A stretch of DNA of 64,000 bases, taken from positions 72,958 to 136,957 of the forward strand of contig JBMFOH010000001.1 of the NCBI GenBank assembly GCA_049969715.1. Direction: 5' to 3'. The position numbers were made by a program, and so were the translations under genes. Position 1 is the first letter of the stretch. Every line of letters begins with the position of its first letter. This document shows positions 35,849 to 45,026 of the stretch, piece after piece. The DNA comes from a bacterium (GTDB lineage: Bacteria; DUMJ01). The notes under the pieces are model-generated. The model had not been told where the DNA came from. It searched no databases and worked only from the letters and a program-made list of their open reading frames with translations.

Positions 35849-36925
35849 ATGTATAGATCGCAGGTAGTAGTATTAAAGACTAGTCCAGAGAGAGTTCTTG
35901 AAGATTATAAGAAGCTTCTTCATCTGGCAGGATATGAGAGGTTTTTATCTAAGGATAGAGATATCATCCTAAAGCTTAATCTTTCTTGGACAAAATATTT
36001 TCCTGCTTGTTCTTCATCTCCTTGGCAGGTAGAGGGGGTTATAAGGACCCTTTTAGAGGATGGCTATTCTAAGGGCAGGATATTTCCTGTAGAGAATAGA
36101 ACAGTGGTAACAAAGCCGGTTATAGGGGCTAGAAATAATAAATGGCTTCCTATCTTAGAGAGGTACCAACTTCCATTTATTCCTCTCACCGAGGTAGAGT
36201 GGGTGAGGTACGACTTTAAAAATAAACTTCTAAAACTAAATGATATATTCCCAGAAGGTATCGAGATCCCAAAGATGTTTATAGGTAAAGATATAGTTCA
36301 CCTCCCTACTGTTAAGACGCATGGACATTCTACTACTACAGGAGCGATAAAAAATTCCTTTGGAGGACTCTTGAAAGAGGTCAGACATTACTGCCATAAG
36401 TATATCCATGAGGTTCTAGTAGACCTCATGATCATCCAGAAGGAGATACATCCAAATGTCTTTGCTGTAATGGATGGAACAGTCTGTGGGGATGGTTCTG
36501 GACCAAGGACGATGATACCAAGAATAAAGAACTATATACTTGCAAGTAGTGATTCGGTAGCAATAGATGCTGTTAGTGCCAAGATGATGGGATTTGAACC
36601 ATTGGATATTCCATACATCAGGATGTGTAATAAGATGGGGTTAGGGGTAGGGGACGTAAAAAATATAGAGATAATAGGAGAGGATATATCTAAGGTTAAT
36701 TTTGGATTTACTACAAAGAAAAGTTTTGTTATCTGGGGAGACCAACTGGTAAGAAAGGGGGCTTTAAACTTTCTAGAAAAGCCATTACTTCATTCCCCTT
36801 TGGTAATACTCCCTATTATGGCTTCGAACATATACCATGACTATATATGGTACCCGATAATTGGGAGAAAAAGAATAAGAGACTTTATGAAGACAGATTG
36901 GGGGAAGCTATTTGAAAGGTATTGA
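35849..36925 (+). CDS. DUF362 domain protein
   Basis: 358 aa with DUF362-like blocks (LKLNLSW, MDGTVCGDGSGP, DAVSAKMMG). 10-nt gap to the UbiA gene. Confidence 0.6.
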   Translation: MYRSQVVVLKTSPERVLEDYKKLLHLAGYERFLSKDRDIILKLNLSWTKYFPACSSSPWQVEGVIRTLLEDGYSKGRIFPVENRTVVTKPVIGARNNKWLPILERYQLPFIPLTEVEWVRYDFKNKLLKLNDIFPEGIEIPKMFIGKDIVHLPTVKTHGHSTTTGAIKNSFGGLLKEVRHYCHKYIHEVLVDLMIIQKEIHPNVFAVMDGTVCGDGSGPRTMIPRIKNYILASSDSVAIDAVSAKMMGFEPLDIPYIRMCNKMGLGVGDVKNIEIIGEDISKVNFGFTTKKSFVIWGDQLVRKGALNFLEKPLLHSPLVILPIMASNIYHDYIWYPIIGRKRIRDFMKTDWGKLFERY

Positions 36926-38696
36926 AAAGGTCTTAGAGAGCAGGATCCTTTTTCTGTTGATTTTGGCTTTGAGTCTTTTCTATCTATTTACCCCTATTAG
37001 GATTGGATATAACATATATGACGAAGGGATAGTTGTATATGGGGCGAACAGGGTCTTTAATGGGGAGATTCCATATAGGGACTTCTGGACCATGTATGCT
37101 CCTGGACAGTTCTATATGGTAGCCCTTCTCTATAGACTCTTTGGAATAGGGCTCTTCCCTGTAAGGGTATATAGTGCTGTTATAAATTTTCTAATTGCAG
37201 TTCTAGCTTATCTGATTGTTAGAAGATTTGCAGGGCATAAAATTGCCATTCTTTCTTTTATATTCACTGTCCTATGGATGGGAGGATGGGGGATGTTTTA
37301 CGGTTCTCCTACGCCTATTGGGACATTCTGGAGTCTATTTAGTATACTCTTTGTGGTTGATTTCCTTGTTAGAAAAAGAACGACTAGTCTTATAATAGCT
37401 GGACTCCTTACAGGTATAACTAGTGTATTTAGACATGATATTGGAGGATATACATTTATTGCCTCTACACTGGTACTTGTCCCATATATTTACATAAATA
37501 TCTCTAGAAGAAATTTGCTCAACACTATAAGACTATGGGGTAGATATCTTCTTGGAACTATAATTATATTTTTGCCTGTGGCGATATATTTTCTAGTAAA
37601 TGTTCCCTATAGAGAACTTATATATGACCTCATTATCTTTCCTGCCAAGATATTCCCTAAGGTAAGAGACCTGCCATATCCTAAATTCGGTCTTGATTTC
37701 AATACCTTCTTATTCTATGCGCCAATCATTGTATATCTGGTTACTATAGTTGAGTTGATGTTGAATATTAAAGATATTAAGAGGTTTAGAGAAAAGGAGT
37801 GGAGTACTGTTCTCCTTTTGATCCTAGGTGTCCTATTCTTTAATCAGGCATGGGTAAGATCAGATGTCCCTCATCTGCTTCCTACTATTATTCCGGCGAT
37901 GTTGCTCCTTTCGAGTTTGATTGTAAGCCCATTAAATAAGGTATTTAGGAGAGGAGAACTGATATTAAAACTCTTTTTCTTATTCTTATCTTTTATCCTG
38001 ATCCTTGCCCTCTATAATAATACCTTAAGAGAGGTCTCGTTTTCAGTGTATATGCTTCCTATTATAGTCCTTTCTCTATTGATATTACTTATCTCTATGC
38101 TCTTTCAGCTCACCTCTTTTAGGGGAAGACGCATCTATCAGGTAGCAACCATTATACTCTGCGGTTTCATCCTTTTCTCATTCTATACCGACAGAATAGA
38201 GAACACTCCTCTTAGTAAACTTCTGTCTTTTAAGATGTTAGGTCTGGTTCCTCTAGAGACAGAACGTGCTAGAGGTATCTATGTATTTCCTGGTCAGGAT
38301 TATTTTGTTTTGGCTACGGTAAAATTTATCCAGATGAATACAAAACCAGACGAGAAGATCTTTATTGGAGATTCTAGACATGATAGGATCTTTGTAAACG
38401 ACATAATGCTCTATTTCCTCTCTGAAAGGAACAGTGCTACAAAGTATCACGAGCTTCACCCAGGGTTAGCAACTACTAAAGAGGTCCAAGATGAGATTAT
38501 AGAAGAGTTGAAGAGGAATAATGTGAGATATGTAGTTCTATGGAATGGAGCAGAAAATGTTATGGAGCCCAATGAGAGTGCTATCAGCTCTGGGGTTACC
38601 GATCTAGATGATTTTATACAGAAGAACTATCTTCCCGTAATGACTTTTGGCCCATACCAGATAAGAGAAAGGGTAATTAATGGAGAGATAAGTTGA
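36912..38696 (+). CDS. polytopic membrane protein, GT-C-like glycosyltransferase candidate
   Basis: 594 aa with at least 12 TM helices. An acidic motif (YDEG) sits in the first extracytoplasmic loop, and a ~170-aa soluble C-terminal domain follows. The gene overlaps the previous one by 14 nt. Confidence 0.5.
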   Translation: MKGIEKVLESRILFLLILALSLFYLFTPIRIGYNIYDEGIVVYGANRVFNGEIPYRDFWTMYAPGQFYMVALLYRLFGIGLFPVRVYSAVINFLIAVLAYLIVRRFAGHKIAILSFIFTVLWMGGWGMFYGSPTPIGTFWSLFSILFVVDFLVRKRTTSLIIAGLLTGITSVFRHDIGGYTFIASTLVLVPYIYINISRRNLLNTIRLWGRYLLGTIIIFLPVAIYFLVNVPYRELIYDLIIFPAKIFPKVRDLPYPKFGLDFNTFLFYAPIIVYLVTIVELMLNIKDIKRFREKEWSTVLLLILGVLFFNQAWVRSDVPHLLPTIIPAMLLLSSLIVSPLNKVFRRGELILKLFFLFLSFILILALYNNTLREVSFSVYMLPIIVLSLLILLISMLFQLTSFRGRRIYQVATIILCGFILFSFYTDRIENTPLSKLLSFKMLGLVPLETERARGIYVFPGQDYFVLATVKFIQMNTKPDEKIFIGDSRHDRIFVNDIMLYFLSERNSATKYHELHPGLATTKEVQDEIIEELKRNNVRYVVLWNGAENVMEPNESAISSGVTDLDDFIQKNYLPVMTFGPYQIRERVINGEIS

Positions 38697-39043
38697 ACTA
38701 TATATTGTTATTGGCTTCTCTGGTCTCTAATGCCTTGGCAAACGTATTTATAAAGGCCGGAATGAAGGATTATAGTGAAGGCATCAGCCTTAAGATGTTT
38801 TTCTATATACTAAGAAGTCCATTTGTTGTTGTAGGGCTCTTATTCTTTGTCGGTGCATTCATCGGCTATAGTTTTTTGCTTTCTAGGATGCAGCTGAGTA
38901 TCGCCTATCCTATAATGACTGGGGCAGGTTTTGCTATTGTATGTGTACTTTCTTATCTTTGGTTTAACGAAAATTTCAGCGTTCTAAAGGTCTTTGGCAT
39001 CTTACTTATCTTTATCGGTATAGTCTTCCTTTCTAGAGGATAG
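38693..39043 (+). CDS. small 4-TM EamA/SMR-like membrane protein (ArnE/ArnF-like flippase subunit candidate)
   Basis: 116 aa, four hydrophobic helices. ATGA overlap with the upstream gene. Confidence 0.55.
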   Translation: MNYILLLASLVSNALANVFIKAGMKDYSEGISLKMFFYILRSPFVVVGLLFFVGAFIGYSFLLSRMQLSIAYPIMTGAGFAIVCVLSYLWFNENFSVLKVFGILLIFIGIVFLSRG

Positions 39044-39057
39044 TTTTATTTTTATTG

Positions 39058-39066
39058 TGTTATAAT
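39058..39066 (+). promoter_or_regulatory. extended -10 promoter element (TGtTATAAT)
   Basis: TGTTATAAT is about 45 nt upstream of the ATG at 39109, with an AAGGAGGGG RBS. Confidence 0.35.
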
Positions 39067-39108
39067 AAAACTGAAAATTAAAATTCTAATGGTAAGGAGG
39101 GGAATATT

Positions 39109-40194
39109 ATGCCTAGAGCTACAACCAAGAAGGAAGAGAAGAAGACTATTAGGGTGGGTGTCATCGGGGTTGGAAAGATAGCAGAAGTTAGACATATTCC
39201 CGAGTATCTCAGTAACAAATCAGTAGAGATGGTAGCACTTGCTGATATAGATACCGTTCAACTTAAGGAGATAGGTGCCAAGTTTAATATTTCTAGTCTT
39301 TACACAGATTATAAAGAGATGCTAAAAAAGGAAAGACTTGATGCAGTAAGTGTATGTACTCCAAACTATCTTCACGCCTCTATGACCATAGATGCTCTTA
39401 ATGAGGGGATTAATGTTCTAGTAGAGAAACCTATGGCTACATCTTTAGAAGAGGCAGATAAGATGATCGAGGCAGCAAAGAAGAATAAGAAGATTCTTAT
39501 GGTAGATCATAACCAGAGGTTAGCACCAGGACATCAGATAGGGAAGAAGATTTTAGAGAGTGGTATCCTAGGAAAGGTATATACGGTTAGAACAGTCTTT
39601 GGCCATAGTGGTCCAGAATTTTGGAGCCCTAGAGGGAAATGGTTCTTCAGTAAGAAAGAAGCCTTTGCTGGAGTTATGGCTGATCTTGGCGTTCATAAGG
39701 TAGATGTAGTAAGGTGGTTACTTGGGCGAGAGGTAAAAAGAATAGCAGCTTTTGGTGCTACATTTGAAAAGAAGGCAGATGTGGAAGACAATGGAGTAGC
39801 CATTATGGAGTTTGAGAATGGAACATTAGGAATACTTCAAGTAAGCTGGACACTTAAGCCAGGAGAGGACAATAGTACCATATTCTATTGTGAAAAAGGG
39901 ATGCTTAAGCTCTTTACAGACCCAGAAAGACCGGTAATAGTAAGTCTAAGAGAAAAGGGAGATTTTATGGCTGGATTTGCTAAAGGAGAGATGTCATTTT
40001 CTCTGCCTCCTATGCAGACGAATGAGGTTGGCGGACAGTTTAGTAGTGGGATTATTGATTATTTTGTAGATTGTATCCTTAAGAATGAGAAGCCTTTTAT
40101 CTCTGGGGAGGAAGGGAGAAAGGCCATGGAGATTGTAATTGGTATACTGAGGTCTGCGGAGACAGGAAAGGTAGTAGAGCTTCCTTTAAAATAA
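39109..40194 (+). CDS. Gfo/Idh/MocA family NAD(P)-dependent oxidoreductase
   Basis: N-terminal Rossmann (IRVGVIGVGKIA) and an EKP motif, with a C-terminal alpha/beta domain. Confidence 0.8.
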   Translation: MPRATTKKEEKKTIRVGVIGVGKIAEVRHIPEYLSNKSVEMVALADIDTVQLKEIGAKFNISSLYTDYKEMLKKERLDAVSVCTPNYLHASMTIDALNEGINVLVEKPMATSLEEADKMIEAAKKNKKILMVDHNQRLAPGHQIGKKILESGILGKVYTVRTVFGHSGPEFWSPRGKWFFSKKEAFAGVMADLGVHKVDVVRWLLGREVKRIAAFGATFEKKADVEDNGVAIMEFENGTLGILQVSWTLKPGEDNSTIFYCEKGMLKLFTDPERPVIVSLREKGDFMAGFAKGEMSFSLPPMQTNEVGGQFSSGIIDYFVDCILKNEKPFISGEEGRKAMEIVIGILRSAETGKVVELPLK

Positions 40195-40206
40195 GTCTGG
40201 AGGTGA

Positions 40207-41184
40207 TTGAGATTGAAATTGGGTGTGTTTCTTGTATTGTTTCAGAATCTATCATTGGAACAGGCGCTAGATAAGGCTCGTTCCTATGGGCTTGAAGCAG
40301 TAGAGATTGGATGTGGAGGATACCCTGGAAATGCTCATTGTAAACCAGGTGAGCTCTTAAAGGACAAGGAGGCAGTGAAGAAATTTAAGAAGACTGTTGA
40401 GGGTAGGGGTCTTGTTATAAGTGCCTTGAGTGTCCATGGGAATCCTATTCATCCACAGAAGGAGATAGCGGAACAGTTCCATAAGGATTGGGAAGATACG
40501 GTAAGACTAGCTAGTGAGCTAGAGGTTCCAGTAGTAATATCGTTCTCTGGTTGCCCTGGAGATTCCGAAAATTCTAAGTATCCTAACTGGGTAACCTGTG
40601 CCTGGCCTCTTGATTATCAGGCTATCTTAAAATGGCAATGGGAAGAAAAGATTATACCCTACTGGAAGAAACAGGCAGATTTTGCTAACTCTTATGGGAT
40701 AAAGAAGATTGCCTTAGAGTTACATCCGGGTTTTGCTGTTTATAGCGTTGATACCTTACTAAAATTGAGAAAAGCAGTTGGTCCTGCAATAGGTGCAAAT
40801 CTGGATCCAAGTCATCTCTTTTGGCAAGGAGTTGATCCAGTATCCGCGATAAGGGCTTTAGGTAAGGAGAATGCAATCTTCCACTTCCATGCAAAGGATA
40901 CCTATATAGACCCTGTAAATACCTCGGTCAATGGTGTGTTAGACGCCAAGCCTTATACTCAAGTACTGGAGAGGTCTTGGATATTTAGAAGTGTAGGCTA
41001 TGGACATGACTATAAGGTATGGAAGGATATAGTAAGTACGCTTAGAACTGTTGGATATGATTATGTAATGAGTATTGAGCATGAAGATGGGCTAGCCTCT
41101 ATAGAGGAAGGGCTATCCAAAGCAGTAAGTTTCCTAAAAGAGGTTATGTTGAAAGAGCTACCGGCAGTACCCTGGTGGACATAG
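40207..41184 (+). CDS. sugar phosphate isomerase/epimerase (xylose isomerase-like TIM barrel)
   Basis: 325 aa, AP-endonuclease-2 / TIM-barrel family. Confidence 0.7.
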   Translation: MRLKLGVFLVLFQNLSLEQALDKARSYGLEAVEIGCGGYPGNAHCKPGELLKDKEAVKKFKKTVEGRGLVISALSVHGNPIHPQKEIAEQFHKDWEDTVRLASELEVPVVISFSGCPGDSENSKYPNWVTCAWPLDYQAILKWQWEEKIIPYWKKQADFANSYGIKKIALELHPGFAVYSVDTLLKLRKAVGPAIGANLDPSHLFWQGVDPVSAIRALGKENAIFHFHAKDTYIDPVNTSVNGVLDAKPYTQVLERSWIFRSVGYGHDYKVWKDIVSTLRTVGYDYVMSIEHEDGLASIEEGLSKAVSFLKEVMLKELPAVPWWT

Positions 41185-41191
41185 GTTCTTA

Positions 41192-41222
41192 GGGGATAGC
41201 CTAGAGGCTATCCCCTTTTTTA
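41192..41222 (+). terminator. intrinsic terminator
   Basis: GGGGATAGCC-TAGA-GGCTATCCCC followed by TTTTTTACTTTTT. The loop overlaps the herA-like stop codon. Confidence 0.7.
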
Positions 41223-42913
41223 CTTTTTATCCTTCTTATCAGATCGATCTCAGATATCATAAATGAATCTGTTCTATATTCTGATTCTTTACTCTCTTCA
41301 TACCTTGTAGCCCAGGCAGGCATAGGAAACCTTATAAGAACCGTTTGGGGTAGATTCGGCTGATAAACAAGCATCTGTCCAGGTATTAGATATTGAACCC
41401 TTCTTTTATTTAATGGACCTAGATAATCATATTCACTGTGCTCCGCCTCACTAGCATCCATATTGCCGCACACTCTTATAGATGCGTTTGATACAACCCT
41501 ATGAGATACTTCACTAGCAGTTTGCTGTGCTCCTACCAGTATTATCCCTAAACTTCTTCCTCTTTCAGCTATATCGAGGACGGTATCTGCGATGGGACTT
41601 TCTCCTGTTTGAGGAGCATATTTATTGAGTTCGTCAAGAACTATAAATACCAAGGGCCAAGGTGTTCCAGATTCCTCCTTCTTTTCTACTATAGATTTAA
41701 GGACTGCGCCTACAGTAAAATATTGAGCCCTTGGTGTAAGTCTGTGAATATCTATCACATTTACCTGGGCTTCCTCCCAATCTATTCTATAATCTGTTTC
41801 CTCAAAGGGTAAAGACTCAGGCAGTATCAGTGAGCCTATATCGTGTTCAGCCCTATACAACCTTCTTATAAATGCATCTCGAGTGGATTGAGCAACCCTT
41901 CCAAGAATATCATCTATATTGTCTTCTAATGTCTTTACCATACTTTCAATAGACTGAAATCCAAACTCTCCACTCATCTCTTTATTAAGCCAGTTAGTAG
42001 CCAATTTTATTGCCAAATACAGCTGACTTGTATCAGAGAGATCTTTAGGAGAGAATAGATACCAGAATAAGTCTTGAGTTGCAATATCTTTTATAGTCCA
42101 GGCAAAAGGCTTTACTCCATCCATTCTACTTTCAGTATTTGGTAGGACCTCTTCATACTGCCCTCTCCTTGGCCTGGGAGGAGCATAGAATCTTACACTT
42201 CCAAATGGTTTTGGCTCAAGTCCCATAATTTCATATATCTTTTTCTCCTGGTCACTTAACATTACATTTGGTTTATCCAAGAATAAGAGGTCTTCTCCCT
42301 TTACGTTGAATATTACTGCATGAGTATTCCTAAGTCCTGCTGCCGGATAGGCACTTAGAACCTCTTTAAGTTTTGAAAAGAATGAGTAGAGTAAAAATGT
42401 GGCATAAGAGGTCTTAGTTGCTACACCACTCTTACCGCTTATATTTATATGGGCACCTTTCATCCCAAGGAGAAAGTCTAGGTCTATGTATGCAGGGGCA
42501 TTGTTAGAAAGTACTCCACAAGGTATCCTTCTTTTACCCATCGTATCATAATAAAGGGCAAACTCTGTGTCTTGAGCAGTAGCCAATCTTACCTCTTTCC
42601 CAGGCTTTGGAGGGACCTTTGGACTGCTTCCATCATCTGCCAATGTCCTAGTAGCTACTACGTGACAGTAATATGTAAGGTTGGCATCAAAGAGTCCTTG
42701 AGAATGAAATCTTGCCTGTTCATTAGTCTCTATCCCTTCTAATTTATGAATTACCTGATCTACAATTCCATATATCGTTACATTCCCAAACCTAGGATAC
42801 TCACATGAGGTTACTACAATATCATCGACTTGAACAGCGTAATCTGAATTTACCTCTATATAAAATTCAAATGGGGTTGCATCCTTAGTTCCTAATACTA
42901 TTCCTATTGCCAT
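41201..42913 (-). CDS. herA: HerA-like (FtsK/HerA superfamily, DUF87-type) ATPase
   Basis: 570 aa. N-terminal HAS-barrel-like segment (GIVLGTKDATPFEFYIEV...VDDIVV), a P-loop-like ISGKSGVATKTS, a Walker-B-like FIVLDELNKY and a C-terminal GIILVGAQQ block. Confidence 0.65.
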   Translation of the reverse strand: MAIGIVLGTKDATPFEFYIEVNSDYAVQVDDIVVTSCEYPRFGNVTIYGIVDQVIHKLEGIETNEQARFHSQGLFDANLTYYCHVVATRTLADDGSSPKVPPKPGKEVRLATAQDTEFALYYDTMGKRRIPCGVLSNNAPAYIDLDFLLGMKGAHINISGKSGVATKTSYATFLLYSFFSKLKEVLSAYPAAGLRNTHAVIFNVKGEDLLFLDKPNVMLSDQEKKIYEIMGLEPKPFGSVRFYAPPRPRRGQYEEVLPNTESRMDGVKPFAWTIKDIATQDLFWYLFSPKDLSDTSQLYLAIKLATNWLNKEMSGEFGFQSIESMVKTLEDNIDDILGRVAQSTRDAFIRRLYRAEHDIGSLILPESLPFEETDYRIDWEEAQVNVIDIHRLTPRAQYFTVGAVLKSIVEKKEESGTPWPLVFIVLDELNKYAPQTGESPIADTVLDIAERGRSLGIILVGAQQTASEVSHRVVSNASIRVCGNMDASEAEHSEYDYLGPLNKRRVQYLIPGQMLVYQPNLPQTVLIRFPMPAWATRYEESKESEYRTDSFMISEIDLIRRIKSKKGDSL

Positions 42914-43902
42914 CTTTGACCTCCTTTGTGGGCTTCTGCTATAAGTCTTCTCAATGTTACCCTTATATGATCTAGAGGATGAAACATTGCCCTAAGTCTT
43001 CTCTCTAGACTTTCTAAGGGTGCTAGATTCTCTGGAGCCCTGCTACTTAAAGTGTTGCTACTAGCCAAGGTTGGTAAGAGGTACCCTGAGAATTGCGCTA
43101 AGTCTATTACCTCTTCTAATGTTAAATTTGAGGGGGCTTCCAATCTTACCAGTCCTAAAAATTGGTGTTCAAAATACTGAGGGTCTTTTAGTCTTAGATA
43201 CCAAGAATATTTTAATGGCAGGTCCTCTGATGTTTCTATAAGAAATACAGGTGTCCTCTCTCCTCTCCTTAATGAGACTAGTGTCTCCCAACATCTACCT
43301 GTAAGATAGTATCTACGGGTACTTTTTACAAAACCTAAAGTGACCCCTGTTTTAGAAAACGGCACCTGTAATGGTCCATCAGCAATTACAGTATAACCCA
43401 TCATAGATAGTTTTAGTGCTGTTTCCTTTTCTCTTTCTCTCATCTTTTGAAGAAACATTCTGTATATACCCTCGTCCCCTGTTTCTACTGCATTTACTGG
43501 TTCATATCTTGCCTTCCCCAAAAGAAGGGGACTATTTACTGTTATCCCTGGAGGGAATACTATTATACATTCTGCCTGGTTTCTCTCCATCACCTTACCC
43601 TTACTTAGATCAAATGCCCCAACTACGAACTCTCCAAGCAGTGCAGACCTACCTGAGTTACCAATCATAAGATGGGTATCTGTTCTACGAACCCCGTCTA
43701 CCAAGGCTACCTTATCTATTACTACTTTTCTATCTATCTTTATAGGTCGCCAGTTTTTCCCCTCTAGTTCTACGTCTTGATTTACCCTTACCGGTAGGGT
43801 CTCATTATTCAGGTCTACTGGGTCATCTAAGGTATCATTCCACCAGGTTTGAGATATCTCGAACCTTTTTATAAACTCAATTGCCGAACTATCTAATTTC
43901 AT
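42904..43902 (-). CDS. NurA-like nuclease candidate (HerA partner)
   Basis: 332 aa and Arg-rich. The gene is translationally coupled to the ATPase gene (10-nt overlap) and carries hhhDG motifs (ALVDGV, VIADGP). The assignment rests on context and weak motifs. Confidence 0.4.
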   Translation of the reverse strand: MKLDSSAIEFIKRFEISQTWWNDTLDDPVDLNNETLPVRVNQDVELEGKNWRPIKIDRKVVIDKVALVDGVRRTDTHLMIGNSGRSALLGEFVVGAFDLSKGKVMERNQAECIIVFPPGITVNSPLLLGKARYEPVNAVETGDEGIYRMFLQKMREREKETALKLSMMGYTVIADGPLQVPFSKTGVTLGFVKSTRRYYLTGRCWETLVSLRRGERTPVFLIETSEDLPLKYSWYLRLKDPQYFEHQFLGLVRLEAPSNLTLEEVIDLAQFSGYLLPTLASSNTLSSRAPENLAPLESLERRLRAMFHPLDHIRVTLRRLIAEAHKGGQRWQ

Positions 43903-44029
43903 ATTATCTTTTTTCTTATAGAGATTGGTAATGATAGGAGTTCGGAAAGGATAAACCCCTTTATGATGTCACTTTGAGTATAGAGAGGTTGTAATTCTTT
44001 TTCTTCCATAGGCTTTTTAATCTCTTCGT

Positions 44030-45016
44030 TCACTTTTGCTCACCCTCTTGTGGAGGAACCATCTTAGAGAATGATTCCCTCATAGATGTATCAGATTGAA
44101 TATTCTTTAGATTATAATAGTCAAAAACTCCAAGCTTTCCCTCTTTAAATGCCTGGGCAATAGCTCTTGGAATTTCTGCTTCTGCCTCTACCACTTTTGC
44201 TCTCATTTCCTGTGTATATGCCTTCATCTCTTGTTCTTGAGCTACAGCCATAGCTCTCCTCTGTTCTGCTCTTGCCTGGGCTATTCTTTTATCAGCCTCT
44301 GCCTGGTCTATCTGAAGTCTCGCCCCTATATTGGCACCTACATCTACATCTGCTATATCTATAGAGAGTATCTCAAATGCAGTGCCTGCATCTAGCCCTT
44401 TGGCGAGTACTGTTCTAGATATACTATCAGGATTTTCCAGAACCTCCTTATGAGATGCTGCTGACCCTATAGTGGTAACTATCCCTTCTCCTACCCTTGC
44501 AATTATCGTTGCCTCTCCTGCTCCTCCTACTAGTCTATCTATATTTGCCCTTACTGTGACCCTTGCCTTTGCTTTAAGTTCTATCCCGTCTTTGGCAACC
44601 GCTGCTACTACAGGGGTCTCTATAACCTTAGGATTTACGCTCATCTGAACTGCTTCTAAAACGTCTCTTCCTGCTAGGTCTATAGCTGCTGCCCTGGTAA
44701 AATTTAATGGGATTCCTGCTCTTTCTGCGGCAATGATGGCATCAACAACCTTGTCTACATTTCCTCCTGCCAGATAGTGGGCTTCCAATTGATTTATATT
44801 CAAATCTAGTCCTGCCTTTATAGCCTTTATAAGGGGAAGTACTATCTTATGAGGAGGTACCCTTCTCAATCTCATTCCTATAAGGGTTACTATGTTCACC
44901 CTTACTGATGCAGCCATAGCAGATATCCAAAGCCCAAGTGGGACAAACTGGAAAAATAAAATTACAGCAATAATAATGACTATTATTGGCAACCAATAAA
45001 CAAAACCGACCTCCAT
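44030..45016 (-). CDS. floA: flotillin-like protein FloA (UPF0365/YqfA family)
   Basis: 328 aa with an N-terminal TM helix and an SPFH-like core that closely resembles YqfA. Confidence 0.8.
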   Translation of the reverse strand: MEVGFVYWLPIIVIIIAVILFFQFVPLGLWISAMAASVRVNIVTLIGMRLRRVPPHKIVLPLIKAIKAGLDLNINQLEAHYLAGGNVDKVVDAIIAAERAGIPLNFTRAAAIDLAGRDVLEAVQMSVNPKVIETPVVAAVAKDGIELKAKARVTVRANIDRLVGGAGEATIIARVGEGIVTTIGSAASHKEVLENPDSISRTVLAKGLDAGTAFEILSIDIADVDVGANIGARLQIDQAEADKRIAQARAEQRRAMAVAQEQEMKAYTQEMRAKVVEAEAEIPRAIAQAFKEGKLGVFDYYNLKNIQSDTSMRESFSKMVPPQEGEQK

Positions 45017-45026
45017 ATTGCACCTC

